Positions 18,123-27,245 of a stretch of 51,561 bases of DNA are shown piece after piece; the first letter of the stretch is position 1; each line of letters starts with the position of its first letter. Origin of the DNA: Eubacteriales bacterium (GTDB taxonomy: Bacteria > Bacillota > Clostridia > Oscillospirales > CAG-272); NCBI GenBank assembly GCA_045602205.1, contig JAZSBF010000026.1:1-51561 (forward strand), read 5' to 3'. The position numbers and the translations under genes are program-made. The notes beneath the pieces are model-generated. The model had not been told where the DNA came from. It saw only the letters and a program-made list of their open reading frames with translations, and did no database searches.

Positions 18123-19796
18123 ATGAAAACCGACATTCAAATCGCAACAGAAGCAAAAATGCTTCCTATAAAGGAAGTTGCCACTACTCTCGGAGTCACC
18201 GAGGACGAGCTTGAGCTTTACGGGAAATATAAAGCCAAGATAACCGACGATTTTCTCACAAGAATGAAAGACAAGCCTAACGGTAAGCTCATTCTTGTAA
18301 CGGCAATAAACCCCACTCCCGCGGGTGAAGGAAAGACCACCACCTCCGTAGGTCTCGGAATGGCTATGAACAAAATAGGCAAAAAGTCTATTATCGCTTT
18401 GCGCGAGCCTTCTCTCGGTCCTGTATTCGGAGTAAAGGGCGGAGCGGCAGGCGGAGGATACGCTCAGGTAGTTCCTATGGATGATATCAATCTCCATTTC
18501 ACAGGCGACTTCCACGCTATCACCGCCGCAAACAATCTTCTCTGCGCAATAATCGACAACCATCTTCAGCAGGGCAACGAGCTCGGCATAGATCAGAGAA
18601 GAATTCTCTTCCCCAGAGTTACCGACACGAATGACCGTGCGCTCAGAAACATAACCGTGGGTCTTGGCTCAAAGGTTGACGGAATTCCGAGACAGGATCA
18701 CTTTATGATAACCGTTGCCAGTGAGATAATGGCTATCCTCTGCCTTGCAGAGTCGCTCTCCGACCTCAAGGCGCGTCTTGGAAATATTCTCGTGGCATAT
18801 ACTTATGACAACAAGCCCGTATACTGCCGCGACCTGAACGCAAACGGAGCTATGGCTGTTCTTCTTAAGGACGCGATAAAGCCCAACCTCGTTCAGACAC
18901 TTGAGAATACCCCCGCGCTCATCCACGGCGGTCCTTTCGCAAACATCGCTCACGGCTGTAACTCTGTACGCGCTACAAAGCTTGCGCTCAAGCTTGCGGA
19001 CTACGCTATAACAGAAGCAGGCTTTGGAGCTGACCTCGGCGCTGAGAAATTCCTTGACATCAAGTGCCGCAAGGCAGGTATCGTTCCCTCTGCGGTAGTT
19101 CTCGTCGCTACGGTTCGCGCGCTCAAATATAACGGCGGCATACCCAAGGATAAGCTCGTTGAGGAAAATCTTGACGCTCTCCGCGCAGGAAGCGTAAACC
19201 TTGAGGCTCATATTGACAACCTCACAAAATTCGGTCTGCCCGTAGTCGTTGCTATCAACAGATTTGGCACGGACACAGAGGCAGAGCTCAACATAATCCG
19301 CGAGATATGCGACAAGAAGGGTGTTGATTTCGCACTCTCCGAGGTGTTTGCTAAGGGCGGAGAAGGCGGAATAGAGCTTGCCGAGAAGGTTGTTGCGGCT
19401 TGCGAAAAGAAGGCTGACTTTAAATTTATGTACGACGATGATATGTCAATAAAGGACAAGATATCGGCTGTCGCAACAAAGATATACGGAGCTGACGGCG
19501 TTAAGTACGACGCGGCTGCTCTTAAGACTATTGCCGAGATCGAGGCGCTTGACCCCAAGTACTCCAAGTTCCCGATCTGCGTTGCAAAGACTCAGTATTC
19601 TCTCTCCGACGACGCTTCAAAGCTTGGACGTCCTTCGGGCTTTACGCTCACGGTAAGAGAGGTCAAGCTCTCTGCGGGCGCTGAGTTTATAGTCGTTCTT
19701 ACAGGCGCTATTATGACTATGCCCGGTCTTCCCAAGAAGCCTGCCGCATATTCGATAGACGTTGACGACAACGGAAACATTACGGGACTCTTCTGA
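18123..19796 (+). CDS. fhs: Formate--tetrahydrofolate ligase
   Basis: '[19 protein letters not shown]', '[19 protein letters not shown]'. The start is placed at ATG 18123 after an AAAGGGGA RBS. The ORF-track start 18057 lies inside the promoter. Confidence 0.95.
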   Translation: MKTDIQIATEAKMLPIKEVATTLGVTEDELELYGKYKAKITDDFLTRMKDKPNGKLILVTAINPTPAGEGKTTTSVGLGMAMNKIGKKSIIALREPSLGPVFGVKGGAAGGGYAQVVPMDDINLHFTGDFHAITAANNLLCAIIDNHLQQGNELGIDQRRILFPRVTDTNDRALRNITVGLGSKVDGIPRQDHFMITVASEIMAILCLAESLSDLKARLGNILVAYTYDNKPVYCRDLNANGAMAVLLKDAIKPNLVQTLENTPALIHGGPFANIAHGCNSVRATKLALKLADYAITEAGFGADLGAEKFLDIKCRKAGIVPSAVVLVATVRALKYNGGIPKDKLVEENLDALRAGSVNLEAHIDNLTKFGLPVVVAINRFGTDTEAELNIIREICDKKGVDFALSEVFAKGGEGGIELAEKVVAACEKKADFKFMYDDDMSIKDKISAVATKIYGADGVKYDAAALKTIAEIEALDPKYSKFPICVAKTQYSLSDDASKLGRPSGFTLTVREVKLSAGAEFIVVLTGAIMTMPGLPKKPAAYSIDVDDNGNITGLF

Positions 19797-19797
19797 T

Positions 19798-20250
19798 ATG
19801 GACCTTCCATTAAAAAAGACGACGGAGTCTGCCGAGGATACCGAGGCTGTGGGAGAGGCGCTTGCCCTCTTGCTTAAAGACACGCCCTCTCTCCCCCGTT
19901 TTATCGCAATGTACGGTGATCTCGGTGTAGGTAAAACTGCCTTCGTCAGAGGTTTTGCGCGCGTGCTTGCGCCGGAGTCTACGGTAAAATCTCCGACATT
20001 TGCGCTTGTAAACGAGTACGGAAGCAAAAAGTCTCCCGTATACCATTTCGATATGTACAGAATAATCGACGATGATGACCTTTACTCCACGGGCTTTTAC
20101 GATTACCTCTCCTCCAACGCCTTTTGTATCGTTGAGTGGAGCGAGAAGATCCCGTTTGCTCTCCCGACCGAGTATATAAAAATAGTCATCGAAAAAACTT
20201 CTGTCGATCTTCCCGACCAAAGACTCATTACTATAACCCAAGAGGGTTAA
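19798..20250 (+). CDS. tsaE: tRNA t6A37 biosynthesis ATPase TsaE
   Basis: 'MYGDLGVGKTAFVRG', 'SPTFALVNEY', 'HFDMYRI'. ATG 19798 lies 1 nt after the fhs stop. Confidence 0.88.
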   Translation: MDLPLKKTTESAEDTEAVGEALALLLKDTPSLPRFIAMYGDLGVGKTAFVRGFARVLAPESTVKSPTFALVNEYGSKKSPVYHFDMYRIIDDDDLYSTGFYDYLSSNAFCIVEWSEKIPFALPTEYIKIVIEKTSVDLPDQRLITITQEG

Positions 20251-20275
20251 TTAAGAAATCAAAAGGATCTTTAAA

Positions 20276-20986
20276 ATGAAAATTCTTGCTGTTGACAGCA
20301 CCGCAATCACAGCCTCTGTCGCTATAACAGAGGATGAGCTTTTACTTGCCGAATACACCATTGCAAACGGAAACACGCATAGTGAGACGCTTCTTCCGAT
20401 GATAGAATCAGCTCTCAATATACTCGGTCTTTCGGTCTCCGATATAGACCTTTTCGCGTGCTCGGCAGGTCCCGGCTCTTTCACGGGAGTCAGAATAGGC
20501 GCGGCGACCGTGAAAGGTCTTGCGTTTGATTCTCAAAAGCCATGTGTGGCCGTCTCTACCCTCGAGGCTCTTGCATATAATCTTGTAGGCGTAAAAGGAC
20601 TTATATGCCCTGTGATGAACGCGAGACGTTCTCAGGTATACACCGCCCTCTTTGAGTCCGACGGAGAGGATCTGACACGTATTAGTGATGACAGTGCCAT
20701 TTCAATATCAGAGCTTGACTCTATGCTTGCGGACAAAAAACAGACCGTCAGCTTTTGCGGAGACGGATATGATGTAACGATACCCGAGATAAAGCTTACA
20801 AGCTTTATTCCCACGCCGAAAAGACAGCGTATGCAATCGGCATATTCCGTGGCTTGTGTGGCGCTGAAAAAGTACGGCAAGGGTGAGTTCACGTCTGACA
20901 AAGAGCTGGTATCTACCTATCTTCGTCCCTGTCAGGCAGAGCGAGAGCTTGTCGAAAAAAACAAGGCTAAACAAAACCTTCAGTAA
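20276..20986 (+). CDS. tsaB: tRNA t6A37 biosynthesis protein TsaB
   Basis: 236 aa. 'ILAVDSTA', 'GPGSFTGVRIG'. Confidence 0.88.
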   Translation: MKILAVDSTAITASVAITEDELLLAEYTIANGNTHSETLLPMIESALNILGLSVSDIDLFACSAGPGSFTGVRIGAATVKGLAFDSQKPCVAVSTLEALAYNLVGVKGLICPVMNARRSQVYTALFESDGEDLTRISDDSAISISELDSMLADKKQTVSFCGDGYDVTIPEIKLTSFIPTPKRQRMQSAYSVACVALKKYGKGEFTSDKELVSTYLRPCQAERELVEKNKAKQNLQ

Positions 20987-21019
20987 ATTTTACACATTAG
21001 CCACTAAGGAGCAAATTCA

Positions 21020-21469
21020 ATGAAAATAGTTATTGGTTGCGATCACGCGGGCTTTAATATAAAGAACGCTGTTATAGATCACTTAAATCGCAGAGGCTTT
21101 GAGTGTGTGGACGTTGGCACGTATTCTAAAGACAGTTGCCATTATCCCGTATACGCTCACGCCGCTTGTGAAAAAATACTGTCGGGAGAATGTTCTCTCG
21201 GTATACTCGTATGCGGCACGGGAATAGGAATGTCCATCGCCGCAAACAAGCACCATGGAATTCGCGCGGCGTGCTGTTCAGACACCTTTTCGGCAAGACT
21301 TACGAGAGAGCACAACAATGCTAATATCCTTTGCCTTGGAGAGCGCGTTGTTGGCATTGGTCTTGCTTTGAATATGGTAGACGAATTTATCAGCGCGAAA
21401 TATCTTGACTCCGGAAACCATCTTAAACGAGTATCTATGCTCGAAGATATAGAAAAAGGCTGCTTCTAA
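21020..21469 (+). CDS. rpiB: Ribose-5-phosphate isomerase B
   Basis: 149 aa. 'IVIGCDHAGF', 'GILVCGTGIGMSIAANK', 'NANILCLGERV'. Confidence 0.92.
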   Translation: MKIVIGCDHAGFNIKNAVIDHLNRRGFECVDVGTYSKDSCHYPVYAHAACEKILSGECSLGILVCGTGIGMSIAANKHHGIRAACCSDTFSARLTREHNNANILCLGERVVGIGLALNMVDEFISAKYLDSGNHLKRVSMLEDIEKGCF

Positions 21470-21493
21470 TCTAAAAAACAGGAGGAAAAAACC

Positions 21494-22264
21494 TTGTGCA
21501 TTAAGAAAATCGCAGGCGTTCTGAGAGCTATATCGGGCTCTTCTCACCCCAAAAACTTTACATCCGCAGTAATTGCCGCTGCGGGAGATTCGGTCAGATT
21601 CGGCGGTGAAACCACAAAGCAGATGACGGAGCTTTGCGGTATGCCGATAATTGCCCACACCTTGCGCGCTTTTGAGGAGTGCGAGTGTATCCACGAAATA
21701 ATAATCGTAGCTAAAAGTGAGGAGATCGAAGAGTATGACCGTATATGCAGCGAATACGGCATAACCAAGGTAACCTCTGTCATCGCAGGCGGAGCAACAA
21801 GACAGGATTCGGTGCTCAAGGGTGTTGACGTCGTCTCCCAAAAATCCAAGTACGTCGCTATATCGGATGCCGCAAGATGTCTTATTACGCCCGAGCAAAT
21901 AACATCTGTCTGCCGTGCCGCTTATAAATATAAGGCTGCGACCGCGGCTCACAATTCTACCGATACGGTAAAAATTGCCGACAGTAAGGGCTTTATCGAT
22001 TCGACCTGCGACAGAAAGACGGTATGGTTGGCTCAAACCCCGCAGGTATTCAAGACCAAGCTTTACAGGGCTGCCGCTTATACTGCCCTTAAAAAGGGCT
22101 TTGACGGAACTGACGACAATATGCTCGTTGAGAATATCAAGCATCCTATAAGACTTGTTGAATGCGGCTCTCAGAATTTAAAGATAACCACACAAGCGGA
22201 TATGATATTTGCGGAGGCGCTTCTTGTTAAGCGTGAAAAGCAAAAATCGGTGGAGGATGTATGA
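21494..22264 (+). CDS. ispD: 2-C-methyl-D-erythritol 4-phosphate cytidylyltransferase
   Basis: '[14 protein letters not shown]', '[10 protein letters not shown]', 'AQTPQVF'. TTG start 8 nt after an AGGAGGA RBS. Confidence 0.88.
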   Translation: MCIKKIAGVLRAISGSSHPKNFTSAVIAAAGDSVRFGGETTKQMTELCGMPIIAHTLRAFEECECIHEIIIVAKSEEIEEYDRICSEYGITKVTSVIAGGATRQDSVLKGVDVVSQKSKYVAISDAARCLITPEQITSVCRAAYKYKAATAAHNSTDTVKIADSKGFIDSTCDRKTVWLAQTPQVFKTKLYRAAAYTALKKGFDGTDDNMLVENIKHPIRLVECGSQNLKITTQADMIFAEALLVKREKQKSVEDV

Positions 22265-22737
22265 GAATAGGGCACGGATATGACGTCCACAGGCTCTCTG
22301 AAGGCAGAAAGCTTATTATCGGTGGCGTTGATATTCCACATACCGTAGGTCTTCTCGGTCATTCCGACGCCGACGTTCTGCTTCACGCGATAGCCGACTC
22401 GCTTCTCGGCGCGGCGGCACTTGGAGACATCGGCAAGCTCTTTCCCGACACCGACGAAAAATATAAGGACGCGAACAGTCTTTTGCTTCTCCGCAAGGTA
22501 GCCGCAAGGCTTACCGCCGCGGGATACCGCGTGGTGAATATAGACTCTACAATAATAGCACAAGCTCCGAAGCTATCCCCCTATGTACAGAAAATGCGAA
22601 TGAATATCGCGTTTGCTTTGGATATTCCCGTGGACAGCGTAAGCATAAAGGCAACCACCGAGGAAGGCTTGGGCTTTTCGGGCGAGAAGCTTGGGATTGC
22701 CGCGCATGCAGTTTGTCTTATAGAAGCTATCAATTAA
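22261..22737 (+). CDS. ispF: 2-C-methyl-D-erythritol 2,4-cyclodiphosphate synthase
   Basis: '[11 protein letters not shown]', '[12 protein letters not shown]'. ATGA overlap with ispD. Confidence 0.94.
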   Translation: MRIGHGYDVHRLSEGRKLIIGGVDIPHTVGLLGHSDADVLLHAIADSLLGAAALGDIGKLFPDTDEKYKDANSLLLLRKVAARLTAAGYRVVNIDSTIIAQAPKLSPYVQKMRMNIAFALDIPVDSVSIKATTEEGLGFSGEKLGIAAHAVCLIEAIN

Positions 22738-23026
22738 CCAAAAGCGAAACACGGCGGCGTTTACAATAAGCCACCGCCGTGCTTCAGCACAGTACGGACA
22801 AGAATCGGCTAAAGCTATGCTCACTTCCTTATTCTGTCACTTCTCTGCCGATCCTGCCGCACTTTCTTTACTATACATAATATGTTTTTCGAGGAAATTC
22901 GTCATAACCAAGACCTATCCTCAAAAACTTTTTTGACCTCGTCTGCGCTCACAAAATGCGTGTGAAAAATCTCCATACCACATAAAACCGAAAATTTTAA
23001 TAAAACATAAAGAAAGGAATTATTTT

Positions 23027-23743
23027 ATGTTCGTTGTATCTCCATCTGTTCTCGCTTGTGATTTTTCTCAGCTTGGAGCAGAAATCAAAAAAGTTGAAAA
23101 AGCAGGCGCAAGCTACATACACCTCGATGTTATGGACGGAATATTCGTTCCCAACATGAGCTTTGGCGCACCCGTGATCTCCTCTGTCAGAAAAGTATCC
23201 TCAATCATTTTTGACGTACACCTTATGATAACAGAGCCACAAAGATATATCGACGATTTCCTCAAGGCAGGCGCTGACATAATCACAATACACTACGAAA
23301 GCTGCGAAGATCCCGCAGAGGTCATTCGCTACATCAAATCCAAGGAGTGCAAGGCAGGACTTTCAATAAAGCCCGCAACGCCCCCCGAGGTAGTATATCC
23401 TATGCTCAAGGATCTCGATATGGTTCTCGTTATGACTGTTGAGCCGGGCTTTGGCGGTCAGAAGATGAAGCCCGAGTGTCTTGAAAAGGTCAGAGCTATC
23501 CGTACCTACGCTAACGAGCAGGGCATCGATATCGACATTGAGGTTGACGGCGGTCTTACACCCGACAACACAAAGTACGCTACCGAGGCAGGCGCAAATA
23601 TCATAGTTGCAGGCTCTGCCGTATTCAATGCTCCCAGCGCAAAGGACGTTATCGACAAGATGAAGGAAACTGCAGTTCTCTACCCCTTTGGAAGCGGCGT
23701 TGAAGAACGCGCAGCAAAGGGCGCAGTTAAGAAAAGGGACTGA
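23027..23743 (+). CDS. rpe: Ribulose-phosphate 3-epimerase
   Basis: 'SPSVLACDFSQLG', 'HLDVMDGIFVPN', 'MTVEPGFGGQ', 'VDGG'. It has about 20 extra C-terminal residues. Confidence 0.93.
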   Translation: MFVVSPSVLACDFSQLGAEIKKVEKAGASYIHLDVMDGIFVPNMSFGAPVISSVRKVSSIIFDVHLMITEPQRYIDDFLKAGADIITIHYESCEDPAEVIRYIKSKECKAGLSIKPATPPEVVYPMLKDLDMVLVMTVEPGFGGQKMKPECLEKVRAIRTYANEQGIDIDIEVDGGLTPDNTKYATEAGANIIVAGSAVFNAPSAKDVIDKMKETAVLYPFGSGVEERAAKGAVKKRD

Positions 23744-23784
23744 TATTTAAAACAGATCGTCAAAAATTATAATTTAATAAAAAA

Positions 23785-23830
23785 ATACCGGATCGAGTGA
23801 CGAAAATTTCGCTTCGATTCGGTATTTTTT
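23785..23830 (+). terminator. Intrinsic terminator of rpe
   Basis: ~12-bp stem ATACCGGATCGA/TCGATTCGGTAT followed by TTTTTT (23825-23830). Confidence 0.7.
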
Positions 23831-23836
23831 ATTTAT

Positions 23837-24107
23837 TTTTCCATAGTTTTCCACAGATTTTTTATACAACGCCAAAACTCACCTCACAAAGCATTTCAGC
23901 CAAGCTTTAACGATAAAAATTCATTATTATGTTTTTTTAGTCATTTTGGTCATTTTCCACCACTTTGCCGTCAAAAAGCACTAAAATGGGGCTAATTTTA
24001 GGGATTTGTAGCTATTTTTTTGTAAATTTAGGCAAAAAGACGGTTTTGAGAAAAAAAGGAAAATGTTTTTCGGCGGTTGTGGAAAAAGCTGTGGGAACTG
24101 TGGAAAA
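23837..24107. promoter_or_regulatory. Cluster of DnaA-box-like 9-mers in a gene-free convergent intergenic region
   Basis: TTTTCCATA 23837-45, TTTTCCACA 23847-55 and TTTTCCACC 23953-61 on the plus strand. TGTGGAAAA 24078-86, TGTGGGAAC 24090-98 and TGTGGAAAA 24099-107 in the opposite orientation. Consensus is TTATCCACA. Confidence 0.4.
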
Positions 24108-24252
24108 CCAAAAAAATCTTGTATTGTCAAGGGTCTTACGGACATCTTGCCTGTTGAAAACTTTTAAATATTTCTTGTCAAGTCATTTTTTCTCTTTTTT
24201 TCATTTTCTACGATATGCACAAATTGTAGAAAAAGCGCGAAACGGCAATTTT

Positions 24253-26226
24253 TCAAATCCCTATTTCCTCGTATATTTCAAGCAGTCTTTCCTCTATCTC
24301 GTTCTTCCTGTTGTCAAGCTCCGCGACTCGCTTATAATCGGTCGCCGCGTCGCCCATCATCTCCTTTTCAATAGAGTCAAGCTCGCTCTCAAGCTCCTTC
24401 GCCTCTGCTTCAAGACGCTCAATGCGTCTTTTTTGTTTTCTCAGCTCGGCAGCGTTTTGCTTGTTTTGCAGATACAGCTCCTTGTTAGTAAGCTCTCCCG
24501 AGCCTTGAGGCGCTGCCGAAGCCTCTGATGCACTGTTATCTTTCTTTCCTGCCTGTATCTGCTCACGCCTTGCTCTGTCATCGCAAAGCTCGTCGTATGC
24601 CTGCCCGTTGCGAGTTATCCTTATATCCGAAAAAGAAGATTCGGGCGAGGCTGTCATATCGATTATCCTTGTCGCAAGCTTTGATATAAAATATCGGTCG
24701 TGCGAGACTACTATTACAGTTCCGTCAAAAGCATCAAGAGCCACCTCAAGCGCCTCGCGCGAGTCGATATCCAAATGGTTAGTCGGCTCATCAAGAATAA
24801 GCAGATTCATCTCTGAGAGTATCAGCTTTGAAAGCGTGAGTCTTGCCCTCTCTCCGCCGCTGAGCATAGATACGCTCTTGAAAACGTCGTCACCGAAAAA
24901 TCTGAAAAGCGCCAAGGTGCTTCGTATCTTAAGCTCGGTGAGTGTGGGATAAGCATTCCAAAGCTCCTCAAGCACGGTGTTTGACGCTGTGAGATTCTGG
25001 TTTTCCTGGTCGTAATATCCGACCCTTACGTTATACCCCGACTCGATATATCCCTCCTTTGGAGCGAGCCTTGATAGCATAAGCTTTATAAGCGTTGATT
25101 TTCCGCATCCGTTAGGACCGACAATAAAGAGACGGTCGTTTTTCTTGACCACAAAGGAAAGTCCGCGAAAAAGCTCCTTTCCCGAATACCCAAAGGCGAG
25201 GTCCTTGACGGTAAGCACGTCATTGCCGCTTGAAAGAGAGGACGAAAACTTGATGCTGACAGGGCGCGGAGCTTCCTTTGGACGCTCAAGCTTTTCCATC
25301 TTATCAAGCATCTTTTGTCTGCTCTCTGCGGCGATTATATTTCTTTCTCTGTTCCAGGCTCTCTGTTGAGCTATATACGCCTCCTGCCTTGCTATCTCCT
25401 TTTGCTGATTCTTATAATGCCTTTCAGCTATCTCTCGGTCTATCTCGCGCTGTTTCATACTTTTTGTATATCCGCCGTTGTAGATAGCCGCCCTCTTATT
25501 TTCGATACAAAGCGTTTTATTAGTAACTCGGTCGAGAAAATAACGGTCGTGGGATATAACCAGCAGGCATTTTTTATACGACGCAAGAAAATTTTCAAGC
25601 CAAGAAAGTGTTTCTATATCAAGATGATTGGTCGGCTCGTCGAGAAGAAGTATATCGGGCTCTCTGCAAAGCTCCTTTGAAAGCGCAAGTCTTGTGCGCT
25701 GACCGCCGCTCAAAAGCTCGAAGGGCAGATTTACCGCTTCCTCGTCAAAGCCCATCTTCATAAGTGTAGAAAGGCATCTTCCTCTGAATTCAAGTCCGCC
25801 GTCGCGAATAAATTTTTCATTGAGCGCGGTATATTCTGAAACGTACGAGCTCTCGTCACGCTCCTCAGAAAAATTTCGCGAACTCAGAATATCCTCAAGC
25901 GCTTTCAGCTTCTCCTCAAGCTCGATAAGCTCGCTAAAGGAAAGATACATAACCTCAAGCGCCGAAAGCTTTTTATCCTCACTCTCAAAGTCGGAAAAGG
26001 CATCGTCCTGACGTAGTATCCCCACGCTTTTCTCCTTTGATATATATACGCTTCCCTCGTCGGCTGTGTATTCGCCCATAATAATTTTAAAGAGCGTCGA
26101 CTTTCCGCAACCGTTAACTCCGATTATTCCAAGCCTGTCTCCCTCGTTAAGCGCAAACGAAACGTCCCTGAATATCTCGTTTGTTCCAAAGGAAAGGGCA
26201 AGCTTATTTACACTTATTGATATCAT
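24253..26226 (-). CDS. ABC-F family ATPase (YdiF/Uup-like, two NBDs plus a C-terminal coiled coil)
   Basis: 657 aa. Two Walker A motifs ('GVNGCGKST', 'GPNGCGKST'), two signatures ('LSGGQRTR', 'LSGGERAR'), no TM segments, charged coiled-coil tail. Confidence 0.9.
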   Translation of the reverse strand: MISISVNKLALSFGTNEIFRDVSFALNEGDRLGIIGVNGCGKSTLFKIIMGEYTADEGSVYISKEKSVGILRQDDAFSDFESEDKKLSALEVMYLSFSELIELEEKLKALEDILSSRNFSEERDESSYVSEYTALNEKFIRDGGLEFRGRCLSTLMKMGFDEEAVNLPFELLSGGQRTRLALSKELCREPDILLLDEPTNHLDIETLSWLENFLASYKKCLLVISHDRYFLDRVTNKTLCIENKRAAIYNGGYTKSMKQREIDREIAERHYKNQQKEIARQEAYIAQQRAWNRERNIIAAESRQKMLDKMEKLERPKEAPRPVSIKFSSSLSSGNDVLTVKDLAFGYSGKELFRGLSFVVKKNDRLFIVGPNGCGKSTLIKLMLSRLAPKEGYIESGYNVRVGYYDQENQNLTASNTVLEELWNAYPTLTELKIRSTLALFRFFGDDVFKSVSMLSGGERARLTLSKLILSEMNLLILDEPTNHLDIDSREALEVALDAFDGTVIVVSHDRYFISKLATRIIDMTASPESSFSDIRITRNGQAYDELCDDRARREQIQAGKKDNSASEASAAPQGSGELTNKELYLQNKQNAAELRKQKRRIERLEAEAKELESELDSIEKEMMGDAATDYKRVAELDNRKNEIEERLLEIYEEIGI

Positions 26227-26236
26227 TTCTCTATCC

Positions 26237-26866
26237 TTATAATTTTATTTTGACCTCAACGGCAACACCGAGTATCCTTGCCTCTCCCGCCTCAAAATCG
26301 TCGGTAGAAAGCTCTATCGGAGAGTATTCCTCGTTCTCGGGCAAAAGCGACACATTTCTGTGATCTCGCTTAAAACGCTTCACCGTCGCGCTGTCACCGC
26401 CCACAAGGCAAGCAACTATATCGCCGTTTTCAGCGTACTGCTGCTTATGGAAAAGAACTATCGAGCCCTCGACCATTCCAATATCCTTCATACTGTCACC
26501 GCGCACCTTAAGATAAAAATAATCCTCGGTATTATCTATGTCCGCGCTCTCATATCCTATTACGCTCTCATTGGTTATTATCGGGCTTCCCGCGCGTATC
26601 TCGCCTATTATGGGTACTTGCCTTTGGCGTGTGTGATGCGTGTCAAAATTTGAAAACTCCGAAATGGGATAGAAATCCGACTCGAGCATATATCCTATGC
26701 TTATTCCAAAATATTCGGCTATTTTTTTAAGCTTATCTGCCTTGGGGGTAGAGCGTCCGCTTTTCCAATCCGAAAAAGTAGATTGAGCTATGCCCGTCCC
26801 TTTTGATACCTTATATACCGTTGTGTTGTAGCTTTTTAACAAAGCTTCAAATTTTTTGTAGTCCAT
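26237..26866 (-). CDS. XRE-type HTH plus S24 peptidase (LexA/CI-like self-cleaving repressor)
   Basis: 209 aa. N-terminal HTH 'VYKVSKGTGIAQSTFSDWKSGRSTPKADKLKKIAEYFGIS', Ala-Gly cleavage context 'VPIIGEIRAGSPI', catalytic Ser 'VRGDSM' and Lys 'ATVKRF'. Confidence 0.85.
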   Translation of the reverse strand: MDYKKFEALLKSYNTTVYKVSKGTGIAQSTFSDWKSGRSTPKADKLKKIAEYFGISIGYMLESDFYPISEFSNFDTHHTRQRQVPIIGEIRAGSPIITNESVIGYESADIDNTEDYFYLKVRGDSMKDIGMVEGSIVLFHKQQYAENGDIVACLVGGDSATVKRFKRDHRNVSLLPENEEYSPIELSTDDFEAGEARILGVAVEVKIKL

Positions 26867-26920
26867 TTTTTACCCCTTTCATAATCTTTCAATAAATACT
26901 TATGAAATGCGAAATACCTC

Positions 26921-26949
26921 TTGACAATACTTCGTAAATGCGATATAAT
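26921..26949 (+). promoter_or_regulatory. Perfect-consensus sigma-A promoter driving the Zn-ribbon/sigma-like operon
   Basis: TTGACA 26921-26, 17-nt spacer, TATAAT 26944-49. Confidence 0.6.
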
Positions 26950-26964
26950 AATTATAACAAGATT

Positions 26965-26993
26965 ATTATAAAACATTTTTCTTGTTTTGTCAA
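26965..26993 (-). promoter_or_regulatory. Perfect-consensus sigma-A promoter driving the S24 repressor (and ABC-F) transcript
   Basis: On the minus strand: TTGACA (26993-26988), 17-nt spacer, TATAAT (26970-26965). It faces the plus-strand promoter. Confidence 0.6.
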
Positions 26994-27029
26994 TAAGAAT
27001 TAAAAAATTCAAGTTTAAAAGGAGAAAAA

Positions 27030-27245
27030 ATGTGCCGAATTTGTGGCAAATACTTATGTCCGCCCACATGTCCCTCATATAGAGGCAGGAGTGCCGAGCG
27101 GGGGAATAAAATTTGTGAATGCAGTGCTTGCGGGACTTTTTTATGCGAGTATGATACTATAAAGCATTCATACGGAAAACCGTACTGTCAAGATTGTTAT
27201 ATAAAAATTATAGCGGAGAAAAAATGGACGAGAATAGCAAAATAG
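27030..27245 (+). CDS. Small Cys-rich (10 Cys) zinc-ribbon protein
   Basis: 71 aa. 'CRICGKYLCPPTCP', 'CECSACGTFLC', 'CQDC'. AAAGGAG RBS upstream. Confidence 0.5.
   Translation: MCRICGKYLCPPTCPSYRGRSAERGNKICECSACGTFLCEYDTIKHSYGKPYCQDCYIKIIAEKKWTRIAK

Noticed and set aside
23744-24252. Possibility that the DnaA-box cluster is the chromosomal replication origin.
   Set aside because: No dnaA, dnaN, rpmH or other oriC-linked genes are nearby. There are only about six boxes, half of them degenerate. I did not find an obvious tandem AT-rich 13-16-mer unwinding element. A secondary DnaA-binding cluster is the more conservative reading.
23965-24528. 187-aa plus-strand ORF spanning the rpe/ABC-F intergenic region.
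   Set aside because: Its 3' half overlaps the ABC-F coding sequence on the opposite strand. Its 5' half is AT-rich with homopolymer runs, its translation is low-complexity, and it has no RBS. The region is better explained as non-coding DNA carrying DnaA-box-like repeats.
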